The notes below the pieces were generated by a model. That model ran no database searches. It was given only the letters and a program-made list of their open reading frames with translations, and had not been told where the DNA came from. The position numbers were made by a program, and so were the translations under genes. A stretch of 64,000 nt of DNA from Octopus sinensis (lineage: Eukaryota): positions 58,652,001 to 58,716,000 of the forward strand of contig NC_042998.1 in assembly GCF_006345805.1 (NCBI RefSeq), read 5' to 3'. Shown piece after piece: positions 63,417 to 64,000 of the stretch; positions within the stretch are counted from its first letter, which is position 1, and each line of letters begins with the position of its first letter.

Positions 63417-63525
63417 GTCTACAGCACTGAAGTGTAAAAAGCCGTTATTGGTTCCTGTTGTAAAGGGTAGCTTTGAACAATCTCACAGAGTTACCATACT
63501 GGGAGCACTCCAAGGATTGTATGTT
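63417..63525 (+). CDS. M17 aminopeptidase-like gene, exon 5 (gene continues beyond window)
   Basis: ttcaag / gtaagt; (K)STALKCKKPLLVPVVKGSFEQSHRVTILGALQGLYV, phase matches exon 4. Confidence 0.88.
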
Positions 63526-63796
63526 GTAAGTAGATTGCCTTTGTATTGTTTCTTTGAAAATACTGTTAAGCTGGTTATCAAAAATTAATGACGAAGATCA
63601 AAAATCCTAGAATCTTTTGGTTATGTGATATTATTGCCTGTATGCCAACATGGTTATGCAATATTATTGTTTGTATGTATGGTAATCAAAAGATATCAGT
63701 AAAAAAGTTATGTGATATTATTGGTGCGAGGTAGTGAAAGTAGTAAAATTTGATCGTTAGGATAAAAACGGCTGGAAGAGATTCTGTGCTTTGGAT

Positions 63797-64000
63797 AGAA
63801 GCACTCCGTCGGTTACGACGATGAGTGTTCCGGTTGATCCGACCAATGGAACAGCCTGCTCGTGAAATTAACGTGTAAGTGGCTGAGCACTCCACAGACA
63901 CGTGTACCCTTAACGTAGTTCTCGGGGATATTCAGCATGACACAGAGAGTGACAAGGCCGGCCTTTTGAAATACAGGTACAACAGAAACAGGAAGAAAGA
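63797..64000. repeat. CpG-rich interspersed repeat (degraded copy at ~35725-35890)
   Basis: Alignable by eye to 35725-35890. Confidence 0.6.

Overview
AT-rich, repeat-dominated eukaryotic DNA; the SINE/LINE repertoire and microsatellite load look like a coleoid cephalopod, most likely Octopus (inference, not verified). Host genes visible: a probable terminal coding exon of an unidentified + strand gene (11510-11679), and five in-phase exons (47943-63525) of an M17 leucyl-aminopeptidase-family gene (W07G4.4/dipeptidase-B-like) that continues beyond the window. The rest is nested mobile DNA: mariners (one inside another), RTE, R4-like and CR1-like LINE fragments, a Gypsy remnant, Helitron pieces, MITEs, tRNA-derived SINEs and a tRNA-iMet pseudogene. 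The most notable signal is about a dozen minimal type-I hammerhead-ribozyme (HHR) motifs from several sequence families, read by eye. Many sit in TSD-flanked fold-back elements, one lies directly behind a Penelope-like GIY-YIG endonuclease fragment, one family has a tRNA-like (Pol III) head, and some carry core variants, including a U3-A8 covariation of the C3-G8 pair. Several are in sense orientation in intron 1 of the aminopeptidase gene. Most ORFs in the supplied track are microsatellite or repeat artefacts. Repeat boundaries are approximate.
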